Assembly: GCF_964355755.1 (NCBI RefSeq)
Contig: NC_092673.1
Location: 17,109,648-17,173,647 of the forward strand
Reading direction: 5' to 3'
Source: Antedon mediterranea
Taxonomy: Eukaryota; Animalia; Echinodermata
DNA: 64,000 bases
Shown: one piece after another, positions 62,360 to 64,000 of the stretch
Layout: each line of letters opens with the position of its first letter
How positions within the stretch are numbered: position 1 is the stretch's first letter
Program-made: the position numbers and the translations under genes
Notes under the pieces: generated by a model
The model's input: only the letters and a program-made list of their open reading frames with translations
What the model was told of the DNA's origin: nothing
Database searches by the model: none

Positions 62360-64000
62360 ATGGAGAGGTATGGTTTTTCAAATTTATTTAAAATACGAAT
62401 AAACTAACTTTCAATTATTTGTTGCTACTTATTTTACTTTTTTAAATTTCATTTTGATGGCGCTTTTAACAAAGTGTCAACAAAAAAATATATATCAAAA
62501 GACCATAGAGATGTATTGTCCTCCAAAAACATGACAAAATGAAGATTAATTAAATCAGACTTTGAATAGGTAGTTTTAATAAAGTAAATCTCTTCCATAG
62601 AAAAGAAAAACAAACAAAAAAATTTTTTCACTTACAAAATAAATGGTTAAATTTAACTAGAAACCTATTGGCTGGCTGCCAGCCAATTTGACTGTTTTTT
62701 GGTTTAAATTACAGTTGTTTCAGGTAAATAATGTTTTTTTCTATTCAATTGTGGATAACTATTATGTGACAATAAAATGGCATATTCAACAAAAAAATGT
62801 TTAGAATTATTTTTTCAGGGGGACAATACATCTTTAAGTATGAAAAAAATTCAAATTTAAACATGCAATCAGGCCTGTCATGAACACTGACATCATCTGG
62901 CATTCATTTGGTCATCTCACTTTCTAGATCTTAAGAGATCTTAAGTGGACTTTTTGAAAGTGTAAAGTTAGGTTGACTTACAGTAAAGGGCAATTTGTAT
63001 ATTATTTCAATATAGAAATAGGTAATTCCAAACCTTTTAGGATAATATAGAAGTTTATAACTTTCATTTTGACAGGAACAATTTAGAAAAAGCTTTGGTC
63101 AGGAATGATTTGGAAACAGTTGAACGACTTTGTAGGACGCAACCAGATCTTGTGAAAACTATCGATGAGGTATAACTAAATATAATCAGACTTTGAATAG
63201 GCCTTGGCAGTTTTAATAAGTTATTCACTTCCATAGAAAAAAAAAATTTTTCTTTTACTAAAAACCATTGTCTGATGGACAACTTGACGATTTGTTGCTT
63301 AAATTACAGTTTTAATTTTTTTTATGATCCAATTTTGGTCAAAGTGATTTGAACATTCTTTTAAATAAAATTTTATGAAATTCACATTTTTGCTATTACT
63401 ACTTGCCTTAATAATAGGCTTTTTCATTTTCCCTCTTGTCTTTTCTATATTAAAAAATTTGTATTTAAAGATGTATTGTCCCCCTGAAAAAAATTATTAA
63501 AACTTTTTTGTTGAATATGTCATTTTAATGTCACATAATAGTTATCCACTTTGACCAAAAATTAGATTAAAAAAATATATATTTACCTGAAATAACTGTA
63601 ATTTAAAGCAAAAAAATAGTCAAATTGGTGGCCAGCCAATTGATTTTTGGTTGAATTTAACCATTTATTTTGTCATTTTATTTAATTTTTTTTTTCTACG
63701 GAAGTACACAATAACCTATTCAAGTCTGATCTAATTAATCTTCATTTTTCATGTTTTCATGTTTCTAAACTTTACTTAAAATGACCTCGGTGATAATAAC
63801 TGATAATTTATCAATAAAGATGACAATTAAGATCATTTACTACAGTACAGTACATTATTTAATAATTGTTGTATTGACAGAAATCCAATTTCACACAATG
63901 TCTGTTTATGATTATGATTCCTTTACAGGATGGAAACATTCCACTGTATGTATATTTGAGTGGTGACCTAATTAACCCTACTTTAGCAATCATAAATTGT
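62360..64000 (+). CDS. 5' exons of a probable ankyrin-repeat protein gene (runs off the window)
   Basis: Exons 62360-62367 (ATG GAG AG|gtatgg), 63076-63169 and 63929-64000 splice in phase (2, 0) to MERNNLEKALVRNDLETVERLCRTQPDLVKTIDEDGNIPLYVYLSGDLINPTLAIINC, an ankyrin-like L..A...DLE.V..L....P......D.DGN.PL pattern. Confidence 0.6.
62509..62833. mobile_element. Kolobok-like MITE (further copies or fragments at ~63185-63350, 63469-63760 inverted, ~10010-10080)
   Basis: TIR AGATGTATTGTCC / GGACAATACATCT. TTAA abuts the terminus at 62834-62837 and at 63465-63468. Confidence 0.65.

Overview
AT-rich, intron-rich animal genomic DNA; an invertebrate deuterostome or echinoderm origin is inferred from gene content and repeat style, not proven. 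The main content is one 23-exon + strand gene model (about 7233-32035, ~1,620 codons) that can be spliced in frame by hand using GT/AG sites. Its predicted architecture is tandem DED, Roc GTPase (with a ~200-aa (DDNHNN)n insert), COR, Cys-rich segment, tandem DED, OTU deubiquitinase with an intact Cys/His pair, basic NLS-like linker, tandem DED. Every domain block is bounded by phase-1 introns, and the first DED exon carries an in-frame TGA. Upstream lie an internally deleted Copia fragment and a three-level nest: a Penelope-like element with a minimal hammerhead ribozyme, inside an Academ-like TIR element, inside a second Academ-like TIR element. Downstream lie a ~15 kb foldback palindrome of two opposed ~181-bp satellite arrays, several MITEs and minisatellites, and the first exons of an ankyrin-repeat gene at the right edge. 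All domain and family calls come from motif recognition by eye; no database search was run.
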